This document shows, one piece after another, positions 1-13,116 of a DNA stretch of 64,000 nt (positions within the stretch are counted from its first letter, which is position 1; each line of letters starts with the position of its first letter). Under the pieces are notes generated by a model. It did not search any database. It had not been told where the DNA came from and worked only from the letters and a program-made list of their open reading frames with translations. Origin of the DNA: Rhynchobatus australiae (taxonomy: Eukaryota); assembly GCA_034780895.1 (NCBI GenBank), contig JAUZTB010000069.1, positions 13,221,812-13,285,811 of the forward strand, given 5' to 3'. Both the position numbers and the translations under genes were made by a program.

Positions 1-2511
1 AATCTTCTTGAAGTATGTTGTTGAATATGCCAGCTCTTTAAACAACCAAATGCCCACAGTTTGTGTTAGCTGTCATTTTGCAGCTGAGCTTCTCATGCTG
101 ATGTTTAAAAAGTCAAGGGAGATGGTAAATGGCAACCATATGGGTTCAGATGGTGAACAACAAGTACTTTTAGTAGTATACCATTACCGTATTACTAGCT
201 CTGAGACTTGGCTTAATGATCTAAAGTCAACTCCTACCATTTCAATTGAGGAAGTTCAATTCTGTTAATCTGGAATAATTCACAAGTGAAAAATTTGTAT
301 CAACAATAAAGACAATGAATCCATTGGTCTGTTGTTAAAAGAAACCTCACCTAGTTCATTAGGCCCTTTAGGGAAGGAGGTCTTGACCTTTTTGAAAAAG
401 CCAAAACCCATCAGCTTCATTTGTATTCCAGTTGGAGAAAGAATTTGGGGAGGGCAATAAATGCTGACAGCCCATAAACAAACCAAAACTTTTAAAATGC
501 CTGACATCTTACATCATCATTTTAAAATGTGATTAAAAATGAGGATTATGGAGTATATTTCCTTACAGCATTAGTTCAAAAAATTCCCAAATAACAAAAG
601 CAGAATTTCTGCATGAGTTACAGCTATGATGAGAAACAGATGGAACAGCAGGATAGGATCCAAACAAAACACTGGTTTTAAAACAAAAAACTGGAATCTC
701 TTAATTAAAACCAGAATTTGACTAATTCCCACCCCTGCTACATCGGGTTCCAGATGCACTGCTGTAGGCTCTAAAGTTCCTTCGTTAAGAACCATTGGTT
801 TATAATCTCCTTCAAAAGGATTCTGTCTTTTTGGTCAGCTACCCCAATAAATAGCCCTGAGTCAAATTTTGTTTGATGTTTCACTAGTTTGGAGGTGCTT
901 TTAATACATGGTGGTTACAGTGCATGCTTGCCTTCAGGATGTCAATGCACTGACAGGCCTTATCAAGACTGTCTCAAAAATAACACTGTCTGTCAACAAA
1001 AATAATTCTTGCAGATTGCCACATTTTTGTCTTGCCTGTTAGCAGTATTAAGTAATTAGAGTTACTGCAAGCACTTCAATTTCACCTGGAGTTGCTAATT
1101 GTTGCTCATTAGACAGAAATCTTAGACAGTGCAGAATGAAAGTGTTTCACAGGAAACCAGTAATGTGCTGGGTGTGGCTCCTGCCTGTACCTGTTTAAGA
1201 AAAACAGCATAGCTTCCACCCTACCATCCTCCCCTGCCAGCTGCCTGTTCCCTCAGTCTTCCTTTGATTTTCTTTCTTGCTCCTCTAAAGTGGAGTCTCC
1301 GGTTGGGGTGCATAACTCCTGGCCCTACTCCCTTTGTATGCATCACACCCTGAGTATGCAGTGCCAGCAGGTTATTCAGCTATGAGGGCTGCCAGNNNNN
1401 NNNNNNNNNNNNNNNNNNNNNNNNNNNNNNNNNNNNNNNNNNNNNNNNNNNNNNNNNNNNNNNNNNNNNNNNNNNNNNNNNNNNNNNNNNNNNNNNNNNN
1501 NNNNNNNNNNNNNNNNNNNNNNNNNNNNNNNNNNNNNNNNNNNNNNNNNNNNNNNNNNNNNNNNNNNNNNNNNNNNNNNNNNNNNNNNNNNNNNNNNNNN
1601 NNNNNNNNNNNNNNNNNNNNNNNNNNNNNNNNNNNNNNNNNNNNNNNNNNNNNNNNNNNNNNNNNNNNNNNNNNNNNNNNNNNNNNNNNNNNNNNNNNNN
1701 GCTCTCCTGTACTCGAATGCAATGCCATCTTGAATTATGCATACCAATATCTGGAGCAGAGCTTGAACCCCAAGCCTGCAGATCTGGAGGGTTAAGTACA
1801 TCCACAGCTAACATGGGATCATGGATTCACACCAGCCGTGGTCAATGGCTCTGCACAAAGCAGGAATCAAATCAGTAACCCCTACCTTTCCCAGTGCATA
1901 AGGGCTGAGCTTATGATCCAGTGCAGGCAGGAAGCTCATCACAGGAACATTGGCTCCTCACCTGTGATTTGTCACAATGGCAGAAGCCATTCCTTGCTGG
2001 GGAGTGAGGGACCACCTTGACTAGAAATCTGCTGAGAAAACAAAGGAACCCACCAGGAGCTTTGTCTGATAATCCTGAGAGTACACTCCCATCTATAAAT
2101 ACTTGGACATGTCTGACCAAGGTTAAATAAGATAAGGGTCAATTGGTAAATCGATTTACCAATTGATTAAATTGATAAGGGGCAGCACAGAAGTAAGATA
2201 CTATACATGACCTCATGCTCCGTTGATTATTTGTCACTGATCTTGTCTAGTTATCTGTATGAGACATCATTGCAGGGAACAAACCNNNNNNNNNNNNNNN
2301 NNNNNNNNNNNNNNNNNNNNNNNNNNNNNNNNNNNNNNNNNNNNNNNNNNNNNNNNNNNNNNNNNNNNNNNNNNNNNNNNNNNNNATTGCAGGGAACAAA
2401 CCAAGTCATTTTGACTCCAGATGATAATAGTAAGTGGCTAATACTGATTCATCCTCCTATTATATTTCCTTCATCAGACTGATTCCTGGTATGGTGGATT
2501 AGTCAGGTGAG

Positions 2512-2927
2512 GAGACATTTTTAGAGTTTGGAAGAATGAGAAGTGATCTCATTGAAAAATATTAAATTCTTATGAAGCTTGACAGGGTAAATGCAGGAAT
2601 GCTGTTTTCCTGGCTTGAGGTATCTAGAACACGGTCTCAAAATAAGGGGTTGACCATTCAGGACAGGCTAGGAAGAAGTTTGTTTGTTTAGGGGATTTTT
2701 GGAATTCTCTTCTCAAGCAGACTGTGGAGGCTTATTCACTGAAGGAAGGAAGATATTGATAGATATATATGAAGGAAGATATTGATAGATTTTTGGATAT
2801 TAAGGGAATCAAGGGATATGGGGTTAGTGCAAGAAAGTGGCACTGATGTAAAAGGTCAACCATTATCTTATTGTCAGAGCAGGTGAGAGGAGCTGACTGG
2901 CCTACTGCTTCTGTATCTTATGTTCTT
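2512..2927 (+). mobile_element. CR1/HER1-like LINE 3' fragment
   Basis: gaagaatgagaagtgatctcattgaa... encodes the degenerate RRMRxDLIE.YKI end of CR1 ORF2, followed by a 3' UTR ending tcttatgttct. It contains an internal tandem duplication of gaaggaagatattgatagat. Confidence 0.85.
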
Positions 2928-3202
2928 TCTGATGAATGCAAAATGGAACAGAATGTACAGTGAACAGCTGAGTTGGTACTACATGATGCTCCAAAGTGGA
3001 GGGGTGGGGGGGAATTCCCCTTCTCTCTTGGGACATCCACATTTGGCCTCCAAGCATCCTCATGATTTAGAGTACATCTCAACTATGGTATGAGCAATGC
3101 TTGATGACTGAAGAGAGAATCATTCACCATTTATATCCCCTCTCAACAACATACATCATGGCAATTAATTTTTTAAGGGAAAGTAGTAGCTGAGAACAAG
3201 GA

Positions 3203-3775
3203 ACATAGAATCATAGAGCAATACAGCACGGATATAGGCCCTTCAGCCCAACAAGTCCATGCTGACCACGGTGCCCACCTATCTAGTCCCAATTTCCTGC
3301 AATTGGCCCATATCCCTCTAAACCCCGCCCTTGCATGTACCTGTCCAAGTACTTAAATGATACTATTGTACCTGCCTCAACCACTTCCTCTGGCGACTCA
3401 TTCCATATACTCGCCACTCTTTACGTGAAAATGTTGCCCCTCAAGTCCCTTTTAAATCTTTCCCCTCTCACCCTAAATCTATGCCTCCTAGTTTTGGACT
3501 CGCCTACCCTGGGGAAAAGACTGCTACCATCCACCTTATCTATGCCCCTCATGATTTTATAAACCTCTTTGAGATCACCCCTCATTCTCCTATGCTCCAA
3601 GGAATAAAGGCCTATCCTGGCCAACCTCTCCCAAAACTCTGGCCCTCTAGTCCCAACATTCTTGTAAATCTTTTCTGCACTTTTTCTAGTTTATCCATAT
3701 CTTTCCTATAACAAGGAACTGTACACTGTACTCCAAGTGTGGCCTCACCAATGACTTTTACAACTGCAGCATAAA
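3203..3775 (-). mobile_element. CR1/HER1-like LINE 3' fragment (relatively young)
   Basis: Minus-strand ORFs read GLYSLEHRRMRGDLKEVYKIMRGIDKVD...FT and YRKDMDKLEKVQKRFTRM, the CR1 ORF2 C-terminus. The (ctatgatt)-type tail is near 3205. Confidence 0.93.
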
Positions 3776-5204
3776 TGATGGATGTGTGACCAAACTCATT
3801 TTTTTTAAAAAAGCAGACAAAGGGCACAAATGGCTACTTCCTGTGCTCTGAGTTTCTATGATCCTGTAATTTTAACACCTGACTTTATTGCCAACACCAC
3901 CTGACAGAACTTGACTGTGAAGCGAAGGACAGTTAAATGACTAACTGTGCTCATTACTTCTGATATGGTACTGAGATTTTGTGAATCACGTCACCACTTG
4001 AACAGGGTACAAGAAAAATAATTGCAGAAAACTGAGCATTTTCCATTGTCTCACTAGGCTGAGATCACACAAGATGTTTGGATGAAGAAGGGTTGTCAAT
4101 CAATTTTATTTAATTCTTCCAGAATGCCAACTCTTTACTCCTGCCCTGATATAGTATTGAGCTTTTTCTCTAATGAGATCAGTGTTCTAGTCTGACTACT
4201 CTTCCCAACAATGAACTTCAGCTGTTGATTACTCTCTCTGTAAAATACTTGCTGGCTTCTGTCCCAAACTTAGTTTATCATAGTCAGATGGTTTGTGCAT
4301 CACCTCCTGCCAAGGCAGTTCAGTGAGGAAAGTGCCACTAAACGACAGAAAGCAAGTTGTGTTGGAGCCAGCCGGTACCAAAGTCAATGAAAATAAATAA
4401 GTCATTTATAATCATGAGAAAAAATGCCATATTGAAAAAAACATATCTTTTTTAAATTCATGAGAATGTTCAAGAAAAGCTGCGGTAATTTCTTATCCAG
4501 CTTCCTTCAGTCTGAGAGCTAGGATAAGGAATCGAGTTACAGAATCACACAGCAGAGAAACAGGCCCACTTAGCCTATCAGGTCCACACCAACCAAAAAG
4601 CACCCATTTTACAAACTATGCCTGCTGTGGATGACAGGCCACTGGCTTTAATTCTTTATTCCTTCCACGTTCCTGGGCAATGATCTAACAGGTGCTGTTT
4701 CTATTAACTGAGATAATAATTTCATTAACACTGCCCATGCAACTATGTTAACTTCTGGGTAAGGGGGGAGAGGAGAAAGAAACAGCAATTAAGCCATCAT
4801 CCCTACACTCACTGACCCATCCTGGTTCCTTGCTGAGCATTGCCTCAGTTTTAGAAAGTTCATCTCTCTTTTCAAATCAATCCCTCCAGGGTTTGACTCC
4901 CTACCTCTTTCTGTTATCTCCACTTGCACTCTAACTCTCTCATATTTCTCCATTCCTTCATTTCTTATCTCCTGCTCTTTTCCTGGACTTAATTCCTGTA
5001 GAAACTCTGGAATTCTCTCCCTCTACCAATCCAACTCTGCCTGCCTTTAAGATACTCCTTAAAACCTCCCTCTTTGATCAAGTGTTTGGACTTCTGTTCC
5101 AGTAATATCTCCAGATACAGCTTTAATTTGATAAAACTCCTTTGAAATACCTTGGGGCGTTTTACTGCAATAATTGAATATCGTTACCTATCTGCATAGA
5201 ATCT

Positions 5205-5500
5205 CAGAGTTAATATTGTGTAGTGGGAGGGAGTCATTGTGGAGGCCACTTTGTCCAGAATAAAAACCCACAAACAACAAGTTAATGTGCATCTGGCTAC
5301 TCAACTTTATTTTACAGTTCAGGGCAGATGTTACCAGGAAACCAGTTGAAGATGCTAACCTTCTCTCAATGCCATGGGACCTTTTACACTTAGTCAAATA
5401 CCTACAGGAACACAGCACTCCCTCTATGCTACACTAAGGTGAAATTATACAAGCCTCACTTGAAGACTCAGAGGTCAGTGTGCTGCTAATTAAGCCAAGC
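5205..5500 (-). mobile_element. Deu-domain SINE (SacSINE1-like) fragment
   Basis: gccatgggaccttttac and cagcactccctct are reverse complements of the Deu-SINE core seen at 8780-9150. Confidence 0.6.
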
Positions 5501-5659
5501 TAACACCAACCAGCTCACCTGACACTGTTGGATGAGGATGGAGGTTGACCATGATGTTACTGTGGTAACATGGCCCACCATTTGTTGCCTTGGAACAAAT
5601 TGGAAGATGAGATCGTGACTGCTCCTGTACCACATAGTTCAAGGACCAGACATAGCAAA

Positions 5660-5920
5660 TATACAATTTTAGGCAAAACTTAGAAAGCAGAATGTGAGAA
5701 TAAACTTTTTACTCCAAAAGTAGTAGTTATGATCTGCAATTCACTTCCCATTGGGAAATGGAAATAGAATCAATCAGGGCCTTCAAAAGGGATTTGGATT
5801 GGCAATCTAGAGAGAAAGATGTGCAGGGCTGTGGGGAAAGAGTGAAGGAATGAGACTGATGGTATTGCTGTATGAGGAGTCAGTATGGGCTAAATGGCTT
5901 CCTTCTTAACATAACAATTC
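5660..5920 (+). mobile_element. CR1 LINE 3' end fragment
   Basis: Contains tttttactccaaaagtagt...ttcaaaagggatttggat...gcagggctgtggggaaagag and a tail similar to the other CR1 copies at 27830-28160 and 23100-23270. Confidence 0.7.
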
Positions 5921-6649
5921 ACTGAATATACGATTTTATGACAATTCGGAACTTTATATCATTCAAGCCAAACACATTCAAAAGAGGAACAAAAAGGACA
6001 TATGAGAATAAAGTACAATTGGAGTTATAAAAAAGGCATGAGTTGATGAGATATTGCTCTAGGCTGCATATGCTGAAATTACACTCCCCTTGCTGAAAGT
6101 ATGTGGGGCTCATGGCTTGGTGCCAGTTCTCACCTTGTGGTCAGATAGGTTGCTTGACTGGACTCAATGTATAGCCCTTTCTGTGTGTTGTTTTTTCCCT
6201 GCCAGCAGATTGCCATGGTACTGCATTCAGCTGTGCTCCAAGATTATNNNNNNNNNNNNNNNNNNNNNNNNNNNNNNNNNNNNNNNNNNNNNNNNNNNNN
6301 NNNNNNNNNNNNNTTATGCATAGTGGGCCTGGACTGGGAATTTCCTAATTTGGAATTGAAATTGTTAAACAGATTTTTGGGAGAGGGATTACATAGCCTA
6401 GGACATTGTGCTATTTGTGAGAGTGAAATCTACTTAACTGCTCAGCCCAATCCTTTGTTCTTTGTCTTGTTACACACCGATGAATATTAATTCCACCTAA
6501 AGGGTGAGAAAGGATATCCCTGAGGGAGCACTGCAAAGAAGCAGGGTATCTGAACAGAAAAAGCCAAAAAGCATGCAAAGCAGAGCATGTGGTGGGCATG
6601 GGTTTGTTTGTATGTTTTACCTCAAATTTACCTCTGTCAGCCAAGTGTT

Positions 6650-6850
6650 GACCATGTTTCAGTGGTTAGTGCTCTTGCCTCTGAATCAGATGCCTGGGGG
6701 TTAAGCCACAATTCAAGCATTTGAACACAAAATCTATGTTGATGCTGCCACCACGGCAGCATTGTGGATGATCTACGTTGTCCTATGATTGAGAGGTTAA
6801 ACTGATGCTTTTCCTGTTCCTTACAGTGGATGCAAAGGATCCCAAAGATG
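6650..6850 (+). mobile_element. Deu-domain SINE fragment
   Basis: tRNA-like head cagtggttagtgctcttgcctctgaatcaga, then gagaggttaaac...gtggatgcaaaggatccca. Confidence 0.6.
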
Positions 6851-8779
6851 AGTAATGATAGGTGATGACTTTAGGCTGTCCTTTTTGAGACCCTTTTTGA
6901 ATTCTAGTAGCAGGGGGTCAGAGATATTTAAGCACCCACAAGCTATATTTCTGTCAGAACAGGAGCTGGGATTGGGGGAATGTTATAACCTAGCAGAATA
7001 TCTCCCTGTTGTTCCTCCCCCCACCTCCCCCACATTTTAACAGAAGAGACAACATTGCTAAGCTTTGAACAGTAGAGACCAATCCTCTGGCCTCTTCTCC
7101 ACCAGATACTTTTCAAGAATTCACCTCGAATATACACTATGTTGGGTTGTTGGTGGAAAAATTGAGAAAGGACTTGTATTTACATAGTGCCTTTCCATAC
7201 CTGGAACCTCCCAAAGCTCAGTGCTTATGAAGTACAGTTACCATGTAATATGGGAAACTTGGAAATCAAAGTGCACACTGCAAGAAGCTCCCAGTCAGGA
7301 CTGATGATGACCAAGGAGTAAATATTGACTAGCAGATTACAGATTTAAATCTGATCTTTAATTGAAGTAGGAGCTGTTCTTTATAGAGCAAAGATGGTTG
7401 AGCAGAGATTTAATTTAAATGCTTAGAAATTACAAGTAAATTTGATAAGAGTAGATTGGGAAAAATTGTTTCCGGGGGAGTCTTAGATTTTGGAAACTTG
7501 GCAAAAGAATCAGAAAATAGACGAGGATTTTTTTTTGCACAGAAGTTGGTGCGCTGGATAAAATGTCTCAGAGGGTGGTGGAAATAAAATTAATTGTAAA
7601 TTTCAAAAGGAAATGGATATAGAGTTATAAAGGAAAAATCGATGCAGGAAAGAGCAGGCGGTTGATCAGCACCAAAGGGTTGAGTGGCATCCTGTTGTGC
7701 TGGATTAGTCTTTGATTCTTGTCCAGTCCAGCCTCGGGCCAGGACAAGCAGGAAGTCAATTTTCTCTTTTGTTTTGCTGAAAATTGCCTTGTTCTTCTGC
7801 CTCTGCAACAGGGAGAGTTCAGTTTCCAGCAGAACATGACCGGAGAACTGGAAACTCCTTGCCTGGAACTTCTTGAGAATTACTCATTAATACTTTTGCT
7901 GAAATGGCCCGTGGCAATTATAATTGGCACAACATATCAAATAAGAAAGCCAATTTAACATAGACTTTTTGGGGAATTCCATTTAAAACAAGCCTTGTGC
8001 ATGGTATTTATGCAACACAGAAGGAGGCCAGGGTTCAGTGTAGCAGAAGACAATTGGAATATTTTGTTAAAGTGATCCAAATCCACACTTCCAAAGCTAG
8101 TGGAAAAGAGTTTGTAGTAAACAGAATGTAACTCTTTAGAGAGAAACAAGCAAGCTCACACCCTAGAGGAAGAATGCTATAAGGAAGAGAGGGATTGTCT
8201 TCTGAAAGACAGTACCTCTTACACTGTAGAACTCCCTCAATCTTACAATAGAATCAGCTGCAGTCTCCAGTGATGGTTTGACCCTTGAGTTTCTGATTTG
8301 GAAGTGATACCAGTACCAACTAAGTGATTGCTGCCACTTGTGTGGTCCTTGGGTTATGCAGAATGAGGAGGAGGGATTCCTGCACCAGTGGGAGCTTCAG
8401 GCTTTGGTGGTGAAGTATTTCTTGACCTTGACAATAAAAGGTGCCACTATGCTCCCAGCTCAGAGCTTTGCATGCTAGGTGATGCATCTGTCCAGGGGAA
8501 GTTAAATTCTGTAGTGAAGAGATTTTCATCTGCAAGGTCCCATATGCACTCCTGGCAAAGAAAGTTTGCTTTAATAAACAACACGGGTTGCTGATCCCTC
8601 AACTGATATTAAGAAACTTTAATTTCTTATCATGGAAAGTTATGTTGTTTCTTATCACAGTCACAGGAGAAGATCCCTAAACTAAAGCTCTGTGCAATCC
8701 ACACCTATAGACGCAACATATCTTATAACTACTAGTAGACACAATGTTTTGAGTAGCTCCTGCTGCTTATTACATGTAG

Positions 8780-9150
8780 ATCCATGGCTCACTGGCTGTC
8801 TGAGTCAGAATGTTGTTGATTTCCTTTCCAGGACTGGAGCACAAAATCTAGGTTGATGCAGTAGTGCACTACTGAGGGTACATCACACCAAAAGAAGTCC
8901 TGTCATACAGGTAATATGTTAAACCAAACCTCCATCTGCCCTCTCAGGTAGACAGTGAGGTTCCCATGTTTTGAATAGCAGAACTTCCCTCCCTGGTCTC
9001 CCGGCCAATATTTGTCTCTCAACTAACCTTTAAAATCATTTCTCATTACCTTCTGTGGGAGCTTGCTCTGTGTGAATTGACTACTGCATTAGAACAGTGA
9101 CTATGTTTCAAGTTAATTAGATGAGATAATGATGTTGTGATGTTCTGAGG
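8780..9150 (+). mobile_element. Deu-domain SINE (SacSINE1-like), near full length
   Basis: ctgagtcagaa...actactgaggg...gttaaacc...ctgccctctcaggtagac...ggccaatattt...tgtgggagcttgct follows the DeuSINE layout. The same core recurs several times in the window. Confidence 0.75.
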
Positions 9151-9529
9151 GGATGCAGATTGGAAAACCCACATCTCAAGGACTGTAGTGCTTCAAGAAA
9201 CCACCTGCTTCTCAAGAGCAATTGTGGGAGCTCACTCTGTGAAGCCTATGTCCCTTGATGAATAAACAATAAGTTCTTTCCTCTTTAGTGTTAAGCTATG
9301 TAGAATGCAAATATCTGATCTGTTCTCTGTGATTTGAGCAGTTTCAAACCCCACAGCCATTGGTGGAGGACTGCATTATTAGCTCACATGTTAAACACAG
9401 GCTCATTCTACCTGAAAAAGAACCCATGATATAATTTGAAGAGCAAGAGAGTTTTCTCATTGACTTTGACCAGCTTTTATACTGCATTAAGATCAACTGA
9501 CAATAACTCACCAGTTCAGTTATCTGAAC

Positions 9530-9980
9530 ATAGCATAATCCCGGGATGAGGGTTTTGTCCTGTGAGGAAAGGTTAAGCAGAATGGACCTTGCCTCACTGG
9601 AGTTTAAAAGAATGGGAGGTGATCTTATTGACATAAAGGATTCTGTAGGGGCTTGAAAAGGTAGATACTGTTAGGATGTTTCCCCTGTTGGGGTGGGGAA
9701 AGAGTTGGAGTCTAGTATTAGGGGACTGAGATAAGGATGAATTTCTTCTCGCAGAAGGTTCTGAATCTTTGAAATTCAATGCCCTAAGGTTGCTGTTGAC
9801 ACTGTTATTGGATATATTCAAAGCGAGACAGGTTTCTGAACTATAGATGAGCAGAATGTTATAGGGCAGGACGGTGGAGTTGAGGCTAATAAATCAACCA
9901 TGATATTATTGAATAGCAAAGCAGGTTCAAAGGGGTGTAGGGCCTATGCCTGCTTTTTATTCTCATGTTATTTTCTTATG
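9530..9980 (+). mobile_element. CR1 LINE 3' fragment
   Basis: Reads gaggaaaggttaagcag...ctggagtttaaaagaatgggaggtgatcttattga..., with a 3' UTR similar to 2512-2927. Confidence 0.85.
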
Positions 9981-9987
9981 CCCTAAG

Positions 9988-10420
9988 TCATAGAGTTATA
10001 CCACACAAAACAGACCCTTTGGCCCATCAAGTCTAGGCCAACCATCAAGGACTCAATTATACTGAACCTACAAAGGTTCCATTTAATTCATCCCTGCATT
10101 GCCATCCAACAATCTCCAGATTCTACCACTATCCTAAATACTAAAGGCAATTTACAGCAGCCAACCTGCATATCTTTGGGATGTGGGAAGAAAGCTGAGC
10201 AATTGGAAGAAACGCATATAGTGACAGGAGGAATGTGTAAACTCCACACCTTCACTGCACTGATCCCAGGAGGAATGATTGTACTGGTTCAATGTTTAGT
10301 TTTCTTTTGTCCAAGAGAGAGATAACGGAAGACTAAAGAGACAGCACCAGAGATTAGCATTGAACCCCGATCACTGGAGCTGTAAAGCAGCAGGTCTGTA
10401 AATTGCGCCACCGTGCCACT
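9988..10420 (-). mobile_element. HE1-like tRNA-derived V-SINE carrying an ~90-bp insertion
   Basis: The minus strand begins gtggcacggtggcgca (A box), has the V-domain complement tttgggatgtgggaagaaag...gaaacgca...aaactccacac, and has a LINE-like tail near 9990. Confidence 0.85.
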
Positions 10421-11116
10421 TCAAGGTGTAATCAAAGACTTTCTCCAAAGGCACTGAGAGAATAACAGGAAACTCTTCAGACCCAAAAAGACTTCCAGCT
10501 TCATCAGTTGTTTCTACAGAGAAAGTGCTCTGCTCCTGGCCCTCAGCCAAGCCCTTGCAGTATTATCTGTGCCTGACTCATTTCTCATTCACTGAGGGGC
10601 TGGCTCTTTCTAATGTCTAATGTGAGGTCGTGTGGCTGCCTCACACTAAAGCTATTTTCCCCTGCATGGCAATAAACAGGCTGTTTGCTCTAGCCAACAT
10701 GCCAGAGGAGTATCCTTCTTTCCCCCTTGAAAAATGCCTATGCCCAAAGAGCTGTTTTCCTGGTTTGTATCTTATCTTGTAGCAAATATGAAGTTAGCAA
10801 AAATAATTATGTTGTTTATCACAGAATGCAGTGAGCCAGCTCAGCTCTTTGGCATTCTGTCTGCCTCACATAGATACTTATAAATATAGCAGTGGGGGAC
10901 AGGAGAGATGGAGGAGGGAATGATGAAGTTAAACAGTAGCATCCAATTTGAAGCTCACCACATGCTTCCAATCCCAGCCCGAGCTCAGAAACCCCCAGCA
11001 CCCTACCCTCTTCCAACTAAAATATACGGTGAAGAAACAGAACATGATGAACTTGTAATGATGGCATTTGGTGAGATATTTTCAGAAGATTTAATTTATA
11101 ATGTAGTCACTGCACA

Positions 11117-11229
11117 GAACCCTGGAGGAATGATTGTATTGGTTTAATGTTTAGTTTTCTGCTATCCATGAGAGAGCCTACACATCACTAAAGAGATGTT
11201 AAAGCAGCGCGATCATTCCTCCTGGGATC
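11117..11229. repeat. Small inverted-repeat (hairpin / MITE-like) element, with a partial second copy at ~10250-10338
   Basis: The left arm gaaccctggaggaatgatt...tttagt is the reverse complement of the right arm actaaa...gatcattcctcctgggatc. Confidence 0.7.
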
Positions 11230-12364
11230 CCTTCACTGATTCTAATGAGAACTCCCACACACTGTTTATATTTCCCAAAGTTTGTAGGCAAGAAAGTGGA
11301 TATCATATATGGATGTAGTCTCGATCACACCTTCAGAACACCCCAAAGCCATTATGAAATACTTGTGGAGCAACAATAGGATAATTACAACCTGATCTGC
11401 TTTAGTGATTAGAATGTACAAGTGAGGGATGAATATTGGCTAAGACACCAATGAGAACTCTTAGAGTGCAGTAGTTTCCACTGAATTGCACAACAGTGTC
11501 AGACTGCATTTGGTACTCCAGTCTCTGGAGACGGACTTGAAAGTTCGAGAGAAACTATTAATGGGGTTGGAGGAGTTCAGAAGACAATGTGTGATCATGG
11601 TCAGCTCATCAGGATAGAAAGGTCCTCCTTGTATTTGGACCTGTATCAAGGAAACATTTGAGTTAAGAGGCAACATCAGTGAATAATGTTGGAATCTGTT
11701 TACATTTATTGTGCTTATATGAAGTTTAAAGGGAGGGGAACAGTTAAAGGGTAATATCAGAGTAGGAGGAAGAATGTCTGAGTGTTTGGGAAAGGTCCAA
11801 AAGACTTCTCTGCCAATTAACAGCTATTTCTAAGAGTGATAGGGGAGGACCCGATGAGGAGAGAGAAGGCCTGAGGGTCATGTGTAAGGCAGAATTTGAA
11901 CAGTAGCTCCATCCAGTAACTGGGAGTCAAAACCATAGTGGTGCTGGTTGAACAGGATGGCTGAGAGCAGGCGAGCTGTCCTCAAACCTTGGCTGCCCTA
12001 TGCCTTTGGATGCCTGTGAGGAGGTGGAAGTAGTTGGAAGCTGGCCCTGGCCACTATTGGCATGTCAACAAGGGAAGAGAGGACACTGCCCTGCCCCACC
12101 CACCCCCGACCCCATGCTGGCTCCCAGGGAAGTAACCCCATTGGTCTTGTTCCTGCTCTCTTTATTTCCCTGTACCCATAAAACTTATTCTATTTTAACC
12201 ATCGNNNNNNNNNNNNNNNNNNNNNNNNNNNNNNNNNNNNNNNNNNNNNNNNNNNNNNNNNNNNNNNNNNNNNNNNNNNNNNNNNNNNNNNNNNNNNNNN
12301 NNNNCCCATAAAACTTATTCTATTTTAACCATCGACTCCCTTTTGATTATTTTTGGCATGAATC

Positions 12365-12540
12365 TACAGCAAAGGGTAATTTACTTTGGTCCAATTAACC
12401 TATGAGCATATCTTTGGAACACAGCAAAAAAAATTAGAGTGCCTGGAGGAAACTCATGCAATTAAGGAGGGAATGTACAAACTCCTCAGAGACAGCACCC
12501 AAGCTCAGGACTGAAACCACTAACTGCTCACCATGCCACC
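12365..12540 (-). mobile_element. HE1-like V-SINE fragment
   Basis: Reads ggaggaaactcatgca...gggaatgtacaaactcctcagagacagcaccc...ccatgccacc. Confidence 0.75.
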
Positions 12541-13037
12541 ATTTTATCCACAGAAACTTAAGAGAAAATAGCTTTTTAGTGCTTTCTGGCAATAAGTGAA
12601 TCTGGTTTCACAGTTGTACCACAGCAGCTGAGGAAGATTTGTCTAATGGCTATTAGTGAGTATAGATTGAAATATTCAGACTACAATTGCCCAGGGTCTC
12701 AATTGCTTCAAAGTGAAATCAATACCATATCCGTAAGGATCTTATCAGCCAATCCTCACTGGGTTTGGCTGAACCACAAATAATGAAAAAGTACCTTACA
12801 GGAATCTCTGTTGAGTGGATTGTTTGCATTCACTCACTAAGATACTGGAGGCTAGCTGGTTATTTGAACTAACAAACAAAGATACTTCATAGAAAAATTT
12901 GTGCAAAGCAACATTTAAGTTCTCTCTTTCTCCCAGATCCAAGAAGCTTACGATTTTTTGTAAGCTGTTAAATTGCTTTGACTAGAACTGTGTGTTCAGC
13001 TCCCACCATGGCAAATTATATTTGGTTTTACAAATCA

Positions 13038-13116
13038 ATTACTAGTAAGTATGTATTACTAGTATATCCATTACTAGTAAGTATGTATCCATTACTAGTA
13101 AGTAAGTAAGTAAGTA
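13038..13116. repeat. Short tandem repeat (attactagta-based units) plus (TAAG)n
   Basis: Four copies of attactagta followed by agtaagtaagtaagtaa. Confidence 0.85.

Noticed and set aside
1334-1814. Long ORFs containing X runs (also at 34511, 38351, 44792-45920, 46229, 47659, 48146, 57279)
   Set aside because: They are artefacts of translating through N gaps.
3335-3827. Overlapping 67-76 aa ORFs as small genes
   Set aside because: They are frameshifted CR1 ORF2 pieces and their antisense shadows.
8356-8594. ORFs near 8360-8594 as a possible upstream exon or neighbouring gene
   Set aside because: No recognisable protein similarity and no convincing in-frame splice donor.
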